Shown here: piece by piece, positions 8,613 to 19,100 of the stretch
Position numbering within the stretch: the first letter of the stretch is position 1
How the letters are laid out: each line of letters begins with the position of its first letter
The notes under the pieces: model-generated
Told to the model about the DNA's origin: nothing
Database searches by the model: none
Seen by the model: only the letters and a program-made list of their open reading frames with translations
Program-made: the position numbers and the translations under genes
NCBI GenBank assembly: GCA_003222275.1
Contig: QHVJ01000150.1
Location: 10,518-74,517 of the forward strand
From: Acidobacteriota bacterium
Lineage (GTDB): Bacteria; Acidobacteriota; Vicinamibacteria; Fen-336
Direction: 5' to 3'
Length of the DNA: 64,000 nt

Positions 8613-10765
8613 TGAAGGCCCCCGGACGGCCGCGCAAGAAGGAGCCCGAGCTCTTCATCAACCGGGAGCTGTCCTGGCTGGAGTTCAACGGCCGCGTGCT
8701 CGAAGAAGCGATGGACCCCGCCACCCCGCTGCTGGACCGGCTGAAGTTCGCCATCATCGTCTCGACGAACCTCGACGAGTTCTTCATGGTCCGGGTGGCG
8801 GCTCTGAAGCACGCATTCGCGGAGGGCGACAACGAGCCCGACCTCGCCGGGCTGCGCCCGCGCCAGCAGCTGCACGTGATCGCCGAGCGCGCTCATGAGA
8901 TGGTGGACACCCTGGGCCGGACCCTGACCGAGCAGATCCTGCCCGCGCTCGCCGAGCACGCCGTGCGCATCGTCCCCCTGGCCACGCTGGAGGAGGCGCA
9001 GCGCACGTTCCTCGCCCGTTACTTCCGCGGGGAGGTGCTTCCCGCCCTCACGCCGCTGGCCACCGACGCCTCGCGGCCCTTTCCCCGGCTGGCCAACCTC
9101 AGCCTGAACCTCGCGATCCTCCTCGCGCCCGGCGAGGGCGAGGAGCAGCCGCGGCTGGCCCTCGTCCAGGTTCCGGGCGGGCTGCGGCGGCTGGTGCGGC
9201 CGGTCGGAGGTGAGGGCAGCACCTACGTGCTCCTCGAAGAGGTCATCCGTGCCGAGCTGGCCGAGCTGTTCCCCGGCCAGCGGGTGCTGGCCTCGGCCGC
9301 CTTCCGCATCGCCCGCGACGCGGAGATAGAGCTGGACGACGAGGGCGGCCGGCCCTACCTGGAAACGGTGGAGGAGGAGCTGAAGAAGCGTCGCAGCAGT
9401 CAGATCGTCCGCCTGGAGGTCGAGTCGGAGGCGGACGACGCGCTGCTCGCCCTGCTGCTGGAGCGCCTGGGGGTAGAGATCCCTGACGTCTACCACGTCC
9501 GCGGCCCGCTGGACATGCGGGCGCTGCAGCCGCTCGTCGACATTCCCTCCCTGGAGCACCTGCGGGAGCCGGCCCTGAAGCCCCTCCCGGTGCTCGACGA
9601 GCACGAGCTGCGCAACATCTTCTCGGTCGTGGCCGAGCGCGACGTGCTCCTCTACCACCCCTTCGACTCGTACGAGCCGGTCCTCGCCTTCCTGTCGACC
9701 GCCGCCTCCGATCCCGACGTGCTGGCCATCAAGCAGACCCTCTACCGCACGAGCGGCGATTCCCCGGTGGTGCAGGCGCTGGCCCGGGCGGCGGAGAACG
9801 GCAAGCAGGTCACGGTGGTGGTGGAGCTGATGGCCCGCTTCGACGAGCAGTCGAACATCCGGTGGGCGAAGAGCCTCGAGGAATCGGGCGCCCACGTGAT
9901 CTACGGCATCCAGGGGTTCAAGACGCACGCCAAGGTCTGCCTCGTCGTCCGTCGCGGCCGGCAGGGTATCGAGCGCTACGTCCACATGGGCACCGGCAAC
10001 TACAACGACCGCACCGCGCGCGTCTACGCCGACTTCGGCTCCCTGACCGCGGACCGGGTCGTGGGCGAGGACGTGTCGGCCTTCTTCAACGCGCTCACCG
10101 GCTACTCCGACCCGCCGAAGATGAAAAAGCTGGCCATGGCTCCGACCAACCTCCGCGAGCGCTTCCTTCGCCTCATCGAGCGCGAGCGGCGCCGGGCGGA
10201 GGAGGGGCAGGCGGCGGAGATCCGGGCCAAGATGAACTCCCTCGTCGACGAGGAGATCATCCGCGCCCTCTACGATGCGTCCGGGGCCGGCGTGCGGATC
10301 CGGCTCAACGTGCGCGGCATCTGCTGCCTGCGTCCGGGCATCAAGGGCGTCAGCGAGACGATCGAGGTGATCTCCATCGTGGACCGCTTCCTCGAGCACG
10401 CGCGCGTCTACCAATTCCGCAACGGCGGCGACGAGGAGGTGTACCTCTCCAGCGCCGACTGGATGCCCCGGAACCTGGACCGCCGGATCGAGCTGCTCTT
10501 CCCGGTGACCGCGCCCGAGCCGCGCCGAAAGGTCCTCGAGGTGATGGACGCCATGTTCCTCGACAACGTGAAGGCTCGGCGACTCATGCCGGACGGGACC
10601 TACAAGCGCAAGCGACCGCCCAAGGGCGAGGAACCCTATCGCGCCCAGATCCAGCTCTACCGCGAGTGGAAGAGGACCCTGGAGCGCACTCGGGCCGCGA
10701 CGAGCGTTGCGTTCGAGCCGGCCCCCGCCCCCGGACCCGTCGAGAAGGTATCGTCGACCGGATGA
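8609..10765 (+). CDS. ppk: Polyphosphate kinase 1
   Basis: 718 aa; PPK1 N-terminus FINRELSWLEFNGRVLEEA and PLD-like C-terminal domains (HAKVCLVVRR). ATGA overlap with the upstream ppx. Confidence 0.9.
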   Translation: MMKAPGRPRKKEPELFINRELSWLEFNGRVLEEAMDPATPLLDRLKFAIIVSTNLDEFFMVRVAALKHAFAEGDNEPDLAGLRPRQQLHVIAERAHEMVDTLGRTLTEQILPALAEHAVRIVPLATLEEAQRTFLARYFRGEVLPALTPLATDASRPFPRLANLSLNLAILLAPGEGEEQPRLALVQVPGGLRRLVRPVGGEGSTYVLLEEVIRAELAELFPGQRVLASAAFRIARDAEIELDDEGGRPYLETVEEELKKRRSSQIVRLEVESEADDALLALLLERLGVEIPDVYHVRGPLDMRALQPLVDIPSLEHLREPALKPLPVLDEHELRNIFSVVAERDVLLYHPFDSYEPVLAFLSTAASDPDVLAIKQTLYRTSGDSPVVQALARAAENGKQVTVVVELMARFDEQSNIRWAKSLEESGAHVIYGIQGFKTHAKVCLVVRRGRQGIERYVHMGTGNYNDRTARVYADFGSLTADRVVGEDVSAFFNALTGYSDPPKMKKLAMAPTNLRERFLRLIERERRRAEEGQAAEIRAKMNSLVDEEIIRALYDASGAGVRIRLNVRGICCLRPGIKGVSETIEVISIVDRFLEHARVYQFRNGGDEEVYLSSADWMPRNLDRRIELLFPVTAPEPRRKVLEVMDAMFLDNVKARRLMPDGTYKRKRPPKGEEPYRAQIQLYREWKRTLERTRAATSVAFEPAPAPGPVEKVSSTG

Positions 10766-11292
10766 GGCTCTTTGCCGGCCGCGCGTGGCCGGGCCTCGGC
10801 CTGGCCGCGGCCGTCATCGTGTCGCTCGGCGTGGGCGCGATCGAGCCGGTGGCGGCGGCTCCGCGCGCCGCCCGGAAGACGGTGGCGAAGAAGGCCCCGG
10901 CGAAGAAAGCGCCTCGGAAGAAGCCGGCGCCGAAGAAGAAGAAGGTCGTGGGCCTCGACCTGCCGCCGCTGCCGCCCGGCCGGAGCTGTTACCGGGCGGA
11001 CACCGAAGTGCCGGAGCCGCCGCTGCTGAAGACGGCCGAGATCAAGGTGGACGACAAGGCGCGGGGTGGCCTCCTCAAGTCCGTGCTGCTCGTCTACGAG
11101 GTGACCGTGGACAAGAGCGGGCGCATCTCGGAGGTGAGGACCATCGGCGAGCGGCCAAAGGAGCCGCCGTGGCCACAGCTCCATGACGCGGCCATCGCGG
11201 CCCTGAAGCAATACAAGTACGCGAAGACGGTCGTGCGGGGGGCGGCGGCTCCGGTGTGCCTCATGATCAGCCTCAACGTGGACCTTCGATGA
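10762..11292 (+). CDS. TonB-like energy-transducer family protein (signal/TM anchor, Lys/Pro-rich linker, TonB_C-like domain)
   Basis: Start MRLFAGRAWPGLGLAAAVIV at an ATGA overlap with the ppk stop. KKAPAKKAPRKKPAPKKKK linker, then a C-terminal domain resembling TonB C-terminus. Confidence 0.45.
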   Translation: MRLFAGRAWPGLGLAAAVIVSLGVGAIEPVAAAPRAARKTVAKKAPAKKAPRKKPAPKKKKVVGLDLPPLPPGRSCYRADTEVPEPPLLKTAEIKVDDKARGGLLKSVLLVYEVTVDKSGRISEVRTIGERPKEPPWPQLHDAAIAALKQYKYAKTVVRGAAAPVCLMISLNVDLR

Positions 11293-11302
11293 GCGAGACC
11301 GA

Positions 11303-11785
11303 ATGAGCAACTCGGAGGAAACGAAGAAACGGGCTGCGCGCGGAGGCGAATTCATTTCGCCGGAGCGCGCGGGGGGTCAGGGGGGGTGCGACGCAGCACC
11401 CCCCCTGCTCAGTGACGAACAGCGGGTTGCCTTCGACCGGGGGGTGGCCGAGTTCAACACCGGGTACTACTTCGAGTGCCACGATACGCTGGAGGACATG
11501 TGGACCGGAATCCGCGGCCCGTCCCGGGACTTCTTCCAGGGGCTCATCCAGGTCTCGGTCGCGTTCTACCACCTCAATGGAGGCAACCTGCCGGGGGCGG
11601 AGAGCATGCTCCGGCGCGCGCTCAAGCGCTTCGCGCGCTACCCGGACCGCTACTTCGGCTTCGACCTCGCCGCCCACCGCGAAGAGCTGCAAGCGTGGCT
11701 CGACCGGATCGTGTCGGCGCGCGTGGAGGGCCTCACCGTCGCCGACCTGCCCAAGTGGAGCTTCGGTCCTCCGGAGCCCGGATGA
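11303..11785 (+). CDS. DUF309 domain protein
   Basis: FNTGYYFECHDTLEDMWTG...GLIQVSVAFYHL motif block. The N-terminal 35 codons contain the 45-bp G-run repeat element, so the true start may be the internal GTG near 11444. Confidence 0.55.
   Translation: MSNSEETKKRAARGGEFISPERAGGQGGCDAAPPLLSDEQRVAFDRGVAEFNTGYYFECHDTLEDMWTGIRGPSRDFFQGLIQVSVAFYHLNGGNLPGAESMLRRALKRFARYPDRYFGFDLAAHREELQAWLDRIVSARVEGLTVADLPKWSFGPPEPG
11365..11410. repeat. G-run hairpin element GCGGGGGGTCNGGGGGGGTGCG-N-AGCACCCCCC (copy inside the 5' region of the DUF309 ORF)
   Basis: About 90% identical over 45 bp to 54441..54486 (intergenic). A more diverged relative lies at 51452..51484. Confidence 0.45.
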
Positions 11786-13314
11786 AATGGCGCGTCGCCG
11801 TTCCGCTGCTCGGCCTGCTCCTCGCCGCCTCGTCGTTCGTACGGGCCGCCGAGCCCGAGGTGAGCGTGATCCTCTGGTTCGACACCGAGGACTACCTCCT
11901 TCCGGCCAGCGACGACGCCGCGAAGCGGGTGGCCGAGATCCTCACCGGCCGCGGTATCCGTGGCACGTTCAAGGTCGTCGGCGAGAAGGCCCGCGTCCTC
12001 GAGCAGCGCTCCCGCGCCGACGTCATCGCGGCCCTCCGGAAGCACGACATCGGTTACCACTCCAATCTCCACTCCGTGCACCCGACGCCGGCGGAGTACC
12101 TTTCCGAATGTGGCTGGCTCGACGGCATCGCCGAGTTCGTGCGTCGTGAGCGCGCGGGGGCCGGGGACGTGAGGCGGATCTTCGGGGTCCCCGGCCTCAG
12201 CTGCTACGGGCAGCCGGGCTCGTCCTGGGCACCGCAGGCCCACGCTGCCCTGCTGCAGATCGGCGTCGTGACTCCCGGCGGCATCTCCGTCTATCTCGAC
12301 GAGGGCAGCCAGGTCGGCCTCGACGAGAAGCCGTTCTGGTACGGCGGCGCGCTGAACGTCTTCAACATGGGACGCAACCAGCTCCGCATGGACCTCCACG
12401 AGACCGGCGGCCTCGAGAAGGGCTGCGCGGAGTTCAAGGCCGCCTACGACCGGCTCCGGGGTGAAGGCGGCGGGCTCGTCAGCATCTACTACCACCCCGC
12501 CGAGTGGGTGCACCAGGAGTTCTGGGACGCGGTGAACTTCCGCCGCGGCGCGAACCCGCCCCGCGAGGAGTGGAAGCGGCCACCGCAAAGGCCGCCCGCG
12601 GAGACCGAGGCCGCCTATGAGCGCTTCGGGGCGTACCTCGACTTCCAGCGCTCCCTTCCCGGCGTCAGGCACGTGACCGCCTCGGAGCTCCCGGCGATCT
12701 ATCGCAACCGCATTCGCGAGGAGGGCGCCGACCTCGCCACCGTAAACGAGATCGCGGAGCGCCTCGCGCGCGGCGGCGCGGTCGACATCCTGCGCGACCG
12801 GCGCGGCCGGTTCGTCTCGCCGGCGGAGCAGTTTGCGCTGATCACGAGCTTCCTCGAGCGCTCGATCGGAAATGGCCGGCTCCCCGCGCTCGTCGAGGTG
12901 AGTGGACTGCGGGGCCCCTCGGAGAGGCCGCCCGTGACCGAGGTCGCGGAGCTGCCGTGGCGCGCCTTCCGCGACGCTCTCCTCGACGCGGTCGACGAGG
13001 CGCACGTGCGCGCGCAGGTGCCCGCGCGCGTCTTCGCGGGCGCGAAGAAGATCGCACCCGCGGACTTCCTCCGGGCGGCGGCCGCGGTGGCCTTCGCCCT
13101 GATCGAGGCCGGACCGGGCGCGCCCCCCCGCTTCCCGGCGGCGGTCGCGATCCCGAGCGGCACTGCCGTCGCCACCGAGCGTTTCGTCGCCGAAGACTCG
13201 CCGGACCTCTTCGGCGGCTGGATCATCCACCCGGAAGGCTTCCGCGCGCCGCGCATCGTCGAGATGGCGAAGCTCCAGGCGTGGACGCTCAAGCCCGCGG
13301 AGAGAGCTCCGTAG
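11782..13314 (+). CDS. Secreted hypothetical protein, possibly carbohydrate deacetylase/esterase-like
   Basis: Start MKWRVAVPLLGLLLAASSFVRA (signal peptide) at an ATGA overlap with DUF309. Weak similarity to the NodB-like fold (LWFDTEDY). Function uncertain. Confidence 0.45.
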   Translation: MKWRVAVPLLGLLLAASSFVRAAEPEVSVILWFDTEDYLLPASDDAAKRVAEILTGRGIRGTFKVVGEKARVLEQRSRADVIAALRKHDIGYHSNLHSVHPTPAEYLSECGWLDGIAEFVRRERAGAGDVRRIFGVPGLSCYGQPGSSWAPQAHAALLQIGVVTPGGISVYLDEGSQVGLDEKPFWYGGALNVFNMGRNQLRMDLHETGGLEKGCAEFKAAYDRLRGEGGGLVSIYYHPAEWVHQEFWDAVNFRRGANPPREEWKRPPQRPPAETEAAYERFGAYLDFQRSLPGVRHVTASELPAIYRNRIREEGADLATVNEIAERLARGGAVDILRDRRGRFVSPAEQFALITSFLERSIGNGRLPALVEVSGLRGPSERPPVTEVAELPWRAFRDALLDAVDEAHVRAQVPARVFAGAKKIAPADFLRAAAAVAFALIEAGPGAPPRFPAAVAIPSGTAVATERFVAEDSPDLFGGWIIHPEGFRAPRIVEMAKLQAWTLKPAERAP

Positions 13315-13317
13315 TTA

Positions 13318-13438
13318 CCTTTAAGCAGAGGACGCGGAGGGAACAGAGAGGACGCGGAGGGAAAAAGCAGATGCTCTCTTCCTTCTCTGCGTCCTCGAAC
13401 CAGTGTCGCCTTACTCCGCGTTCTCCGCGTTGAAAGGC
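13318..13438. repeat. GC-rich palindromic MITE-like element, family CGCAGAGG (copy 1, diverged arms GCAGAGGACGCGGAGGG)
   Basis: Shares termini cttt-a-gcagagg ... ctccgcgttgaaagg and the internal ttctctgcgtcctcgaacc block with copy 3. Sits between the convergent secreted-protein gene and ggt. Confidence 0.55.
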
Positions 13439-13449
13439 AGTTCGCTCGC

Positions 13450-15138
<1,689 letters not shown>

Positions 15139-16589
15139 TCGTCCGCTCCTCCCTTCTCCACCGGGTGGCCGGCCGCGATCCAGGCGCTCGTGCCCCCGAT
15201 GACGTTCACGAGATCGGCAAAGCGATGACGCTCGAGCAGGCTCGTGGCCGCGCTCGATCGGTAGCCGCCGGCGCAGATCGCGGCCGTCGGTCGCGACGGA
15301 TCGAGCTGGCCCACGTCCCGCTCGAGCCGGTCGAGAGGGAGATGCCGCGCGCCCGGCACGTGCCCGGCGGCATACTCGCCCTTGCGGCGGACGTCCACCA
15401 CCTGCAGGTCCGGGACCTCGAGCCGGCGGGCGGCGAGCTCGTCGACCGTGATCTGCGGCCGCGCGACGAGCGGCAGCCCGGCGTGGTGCCAGGCGGCGAC
15501 GCCGCCGGCGAGATGGCCCGCCACCTTCTCGAGTCCCACCCGCGCCAGCCGCATGGCGGCCTCGCGCACCTCGTCCTCGTCTTCGGCCACGAGGACGATG
15601 GGGACGGCGGCCGGAACGAGCGTGCCGGCCCAGGACGCGAACTGGCCCGACAGACCGAGATTGAGCGAGCCGGGGAGGTGGCCGGTGCCGTAGGCCGCGC
15701 TACGCCTCACGTCGAGAAGCGTCGTGCCCGCCGCGGCGCGCACCGTCTCGGGAGAGAGCGCCACGGGCCGGACGTCGGCCAGGGGGGGCGCTCCCGCGCG
15801 GTTGATCTCCACGTCTTTCGCGAAATAGGCGGGAAGCTCCGGCAGGTCGGCCGTCATCATCTTTATGAAGACATCGCGCGCCATGGGCTGAACCGCGTAA
15901 TTCGACCGCCGCTGCTCGCCGATCGTGGAGGAGGTCTGGGTCGAGATGTTCCGGCCGCACAGCGAGCCCGCGCCATGGGCGGGATACACGAGAACGTCGC
16001 CGGGCAGCTTCATGAGCTTGCCGTGCAGGGAGTCGTAGAGGAGTCCCGCCATCGTCTCGGGCGTGCCGCCGCGGCCGGCCGCGAGGTCGGGCCGGCCCAC
16101 GTCGCCGATGAACAGCGTGTCCCCGGTGAGGACCATCCTCGGGCTCGGCGAGGCCGCGGTGTCGATGACGAGGATGGACACGCTCTCGGGCGTGTGACCC
16201 GGCGTCTCGAGGAAGCGCAGCACGACCGCGCCCACACGCAGTTCGTCGCCGTCGCGGACCGGACGATGAGGGACCGCCGCTCGCGCCTGCGCGCCGAACA
16301 CCACCGTGGCCCCGGTGCGCTCGGCCAGCTCACGGTGGCCGCTCACGAAGTCGGCGTGGAGGTGCGTCTCGACGACGTAGCGGATGCGCAGGCCCTGCGC
16401 CTCGGCCTCGGCCAGGTACTCCTCCACGTCGCGGCGCGGATCCACGACCGCGGCCTCGCCCTCGGAGCCGATCAGGTAGGACGCGTGGGCCAGGCAACCC
16501 AGATAGAACTGCTTGAAGTACAAGCCAGGGCCCTCGCCGGATTCTCGGACCGGCGGCGCCGGAAAGCAAGGCTGGGGTAGGATTCCTGC

Positions 16590-19091
16590 ATGTTTGCCAA
16601 GACCCGGATCAGCGCCCCGCTCGTTCTCCTTTTCGCCGCCGTGCCCGCCCTGGCCGGCCCGCCCGGTCCCGAAGGCGGCGGCGTGACTCTGCTTCCCAAC
16701 GGCTGGCGCATCGCGCCCGCGGGGCGCCACATCACGGTGGGGGACCTTCCCCTGGCGATGGTGGAGTCCGCCGATGGCCGCTACCTCATCGTGAGCAACA
16801 ACGGCTACGCGAAGCCGACGCTGGTCGTGGTCGACACCGCACGGATGATGATCAAGTCCAGGGTGTTGCTGGACAATGCCTGGCTGGGCCTGGCCTGGCA
16901 TCCCGACGGAACGCGGCTCTACTCCTCGGGCGCGGGAGAGAGCACGGTGAAGGAGCTGGGGTGGGCCAACGGGAGGCTGACCCCCGGGGCAAGCTTCGTG
17001 CTGCGGCGGCCGAGCAAGGAGAGCTTCGTGGCGGGCATCGCCGTCAGCCCCGACGGCACGCGCCTGTTCGCGGTGCACGCGCTCGGCGAGCTGCTCTCGG
17101 CCGTCGACCTGACGCGGGAAGAGCCGACGTCCGCCGACATCGGTCTCCCCGCCGAGGCCTACGCGGCCCTCGTCTCGTCCGACGGCCGCACGGTCTACGT
17201 CTCGCTGTGGGGAGGCGCGAAGATCCTGGCCTTCGACGCGGCCACCCTCGAGAAGCAGGCAGAGATCGCGGTCGGGGAGCACCCCAACGCGATGGTCTTC
17301 TCGAAAGACGGGACACGGCTGTTCGTTGCTTGTGCCAACACGAACGCGGTGTGGGTGGTGGACGTCGCGTCCCGCACGGCGAAGGAGCAGGTCTCGGTGG
17401 CGCTGCATCCGGGCGCGCCCGCAGGCAGCACGCCCAACGCGCTCGGCCTCTCGCCCGACGGCCGGACGCTGCTGGTGGCCAGCGCCGACAACAACGCGGT
17501 CGCCGTCGTGGACGTGAGCCGGCCCGGCACGAGCACGGTCAAGGGCTTCATCCCCACGGGCTGGTACCCGACCGCCGTCCAGTTCAGCCGCGACGGGAAG
17601 CTCATCTATGTGCTCAGCGGCAAGGGACTGACCTCCCAGGCCAACCCCCGCGGCCCCCAGCCCGGCATCGGCTCCGGCGACGGCCAGTACGCCGGATCCA
17701 TGCTCCTCGGCTCCCTGTCGGTCGTGCCCGTGCCCGACGACGCGCAGCTCGCGGCGTACACGAAGAAGGTCATCGAGATCACCCCCTACACCGATGCCGC
17801 CCGGCTGGCGCCGCTGCGCGCCCCCGCGGGCTCGCCGATCCCCCGGAAGGTGGGCGATCCCTCGCCGATCAAGCACGTCTTCTACGTCATCCGCGAGAAC
17901 CGTACGTTCGACCAGATCCTCGGCGACATGGAGAAGGGCAACGCGGACCCGACGCTGTGCCTGTTCGGGGAGGACGTCACGCCGAACGCCCACGCGCTCG
18001 CGCGGGAGTTCGTGCTCCTCGACAACTTCTACGTCGACGCCGAGGTCAGCTACAGCGGGCATGCCTTCTCCACCGCGGCCTACGCCACGGACTTCGTGAA
18101 CAAGGTGTGGCCGATGAACTACGGGGGCCGGGGCGGCAAGTACCTGAGTGAGGGCGGCGGCACGATGCGCAACGCATACGGGAACATCACCGCCCCCGAG
18201 CAGGGCTACATCTGGGACGCCTGCAAGCGCGCGGGCGTCAGCGTGCGCAGCTACGGCGAGTTCGCCACGCGCGACTCGGGTCGCCTGAGCCAGGCCGCGG
18301 AAGCGAGCCGCGCCGGTGGCCAGGGACCGATCGAAGCGACGGTCCCGGGCCTGGCGGGTCTCGTGAGCCCGGACTACCCGCCGTGGGACCTGTCGCTCCC
18401 GGACAACCGCCGCGTGGACGTGTGGCTGAAGGAATTCGCGGAGCTCGAGGCGAACGGCAAGCTGCCCGCGCTGTCGATCATCCGCCTCGGCAACGACCAC
18501 ACCGCGGGCACGCAGGTCGGGTACCCCACGCCGACGGCGATGATCGCGGAGAACGACCTGGCCCTCGGGCGCGTGGTGGAGGCGATCAGCAAGAGCCGGT
18601 ACTGGAAGGAGTCGGCGGTCTTCGTCCTCGAGGATGACGCACAGAACGGCCCGGATCACGTGGACGCGCACCGCTCGGTGGCCTTCGTCGCCAGCCCCTA
18701 CGTCCGCCGCGGTGCGGTCGACAGCGCGCTCTACACCACGTCGGGGATGCTCCGCACGATGGAGCTGATCCTGGGCCTGCCGCCGATGAGCCAGTACGAT
18801 GCGGCCGCGGCGCCGATGTACGGCTCCTTCCAGCCGACGCCGGTCCTCACCCCGTTCACGCACCGGGAGGCGCGGGTGAGCCTCGACGAGAAGAACGACG
18901 CGAGCGCTCCCGGAGCCGCGGCGTCGATGGCGATGGACTGGGACGAGCCTGACCGGGCCCCCGACCTCGAGCTGAACGAGATCATCTGGCGCTCGGTGAA
19001 GGGGCCGGCCTCGTCGATGCCCCCGCCCGTGCGGGCCGCCTTCGTCCGCCCGCACGACGACGACCGGGAAGCGGAGGAAAAGGACCGCTAG
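16590..19091 (+). CDS. Bifunctional YncE-like beta-propeller / phosphoesterase (PlcN-AcpA family) protein, secreted
   Basis: Signal peptide, then repeated beta-propeller blades (SPDGTRLF, SKDGTRLFVA, SPDGRTLLVA), then phosphoesterase family block HVFYVIRENRTFDQILG...DHTAG...GPDHVDAHRS. Confidence 0.8.
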   Translation: MFAKTRISAPLVLLFAAVPALAGPPGPEGGGVTLLPNGWRIAPAGRHITVGDLPLAMVESADGRYLIVSNNGYAKPTLVVVDTARMMIKSRVLLDNAWLGLAWHPDGTRLYSSGAGESTVKELGWANGRLTPGASFVLRRPSKESFVAGIAVSPDGTRLFAVHALGELLSAVDLTREEPTSADIGLPAEAYAALVSSDGRTVYVSLWGGAKILAFDAATLEKQAEIAVGEHPNAMVFSKDGTRLFVACANTNAVWVVDVASRTAKEQVSVALHPGAPAGSTPNALGLSPDGRTLLVASADNNAVAVVDVSRPGTSTVKGFIPTGWYPTAVQFSRDGKLIYVLSGKGLTSQANPRGPQPGIGSGDGQYAGSMLLGSLSVVPVPDDAQLAAYTKKVIEITPYTDAARLAPLRAPAGSPIPRKVGDPSPIKHVFYVIRENRTFDQILGDMEKGNADPTLCLFGEDVTPNAHALAREFVLLDNFYVDAEVSYSGHAFSTAAYATDFVNKVWPMNYGGRGGKYLSEGGGTMRNAYGNITAPEQGYIWDACKRAGVSVRSYGEFATRDSGRLSQAAEASRAGGQGPIEATVPGLAGLVSPDYPPWDLSLPDNRRVDVWLKEFAELEANGKLPALSIIRLGNDHTAGTQVGYPTPTAMIAENDLALGRVVEAISKSRYWKESAVFVLEDDAQNGPDHVDAHRSVAFVASPYVRRGAVDSALYTTSGMLRTMELILGLPPMSQYDAAAAPMYGSFQPTPVLTPFTHREARVSLDEKNDASAPGAAASMAMDWDEPDRAPDLELNEIIWRSVKGPASSMPPPVRAAFVRPHDDDREAEEKDR

Positions 19092-19100
19092 CGCCGGACC

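Noticed and set aside
16560-19055. Upstream 2.5 kb of the 1317-aa minus-strand ORF (15102..19055)
   Set aside because: Only the 3' 1.4 kb (to the TTG at 16523) has MBL/rhodanese homology. The remainder is antisense to the well-supported YncE/phosphoesterase gene and is compositionally noise.
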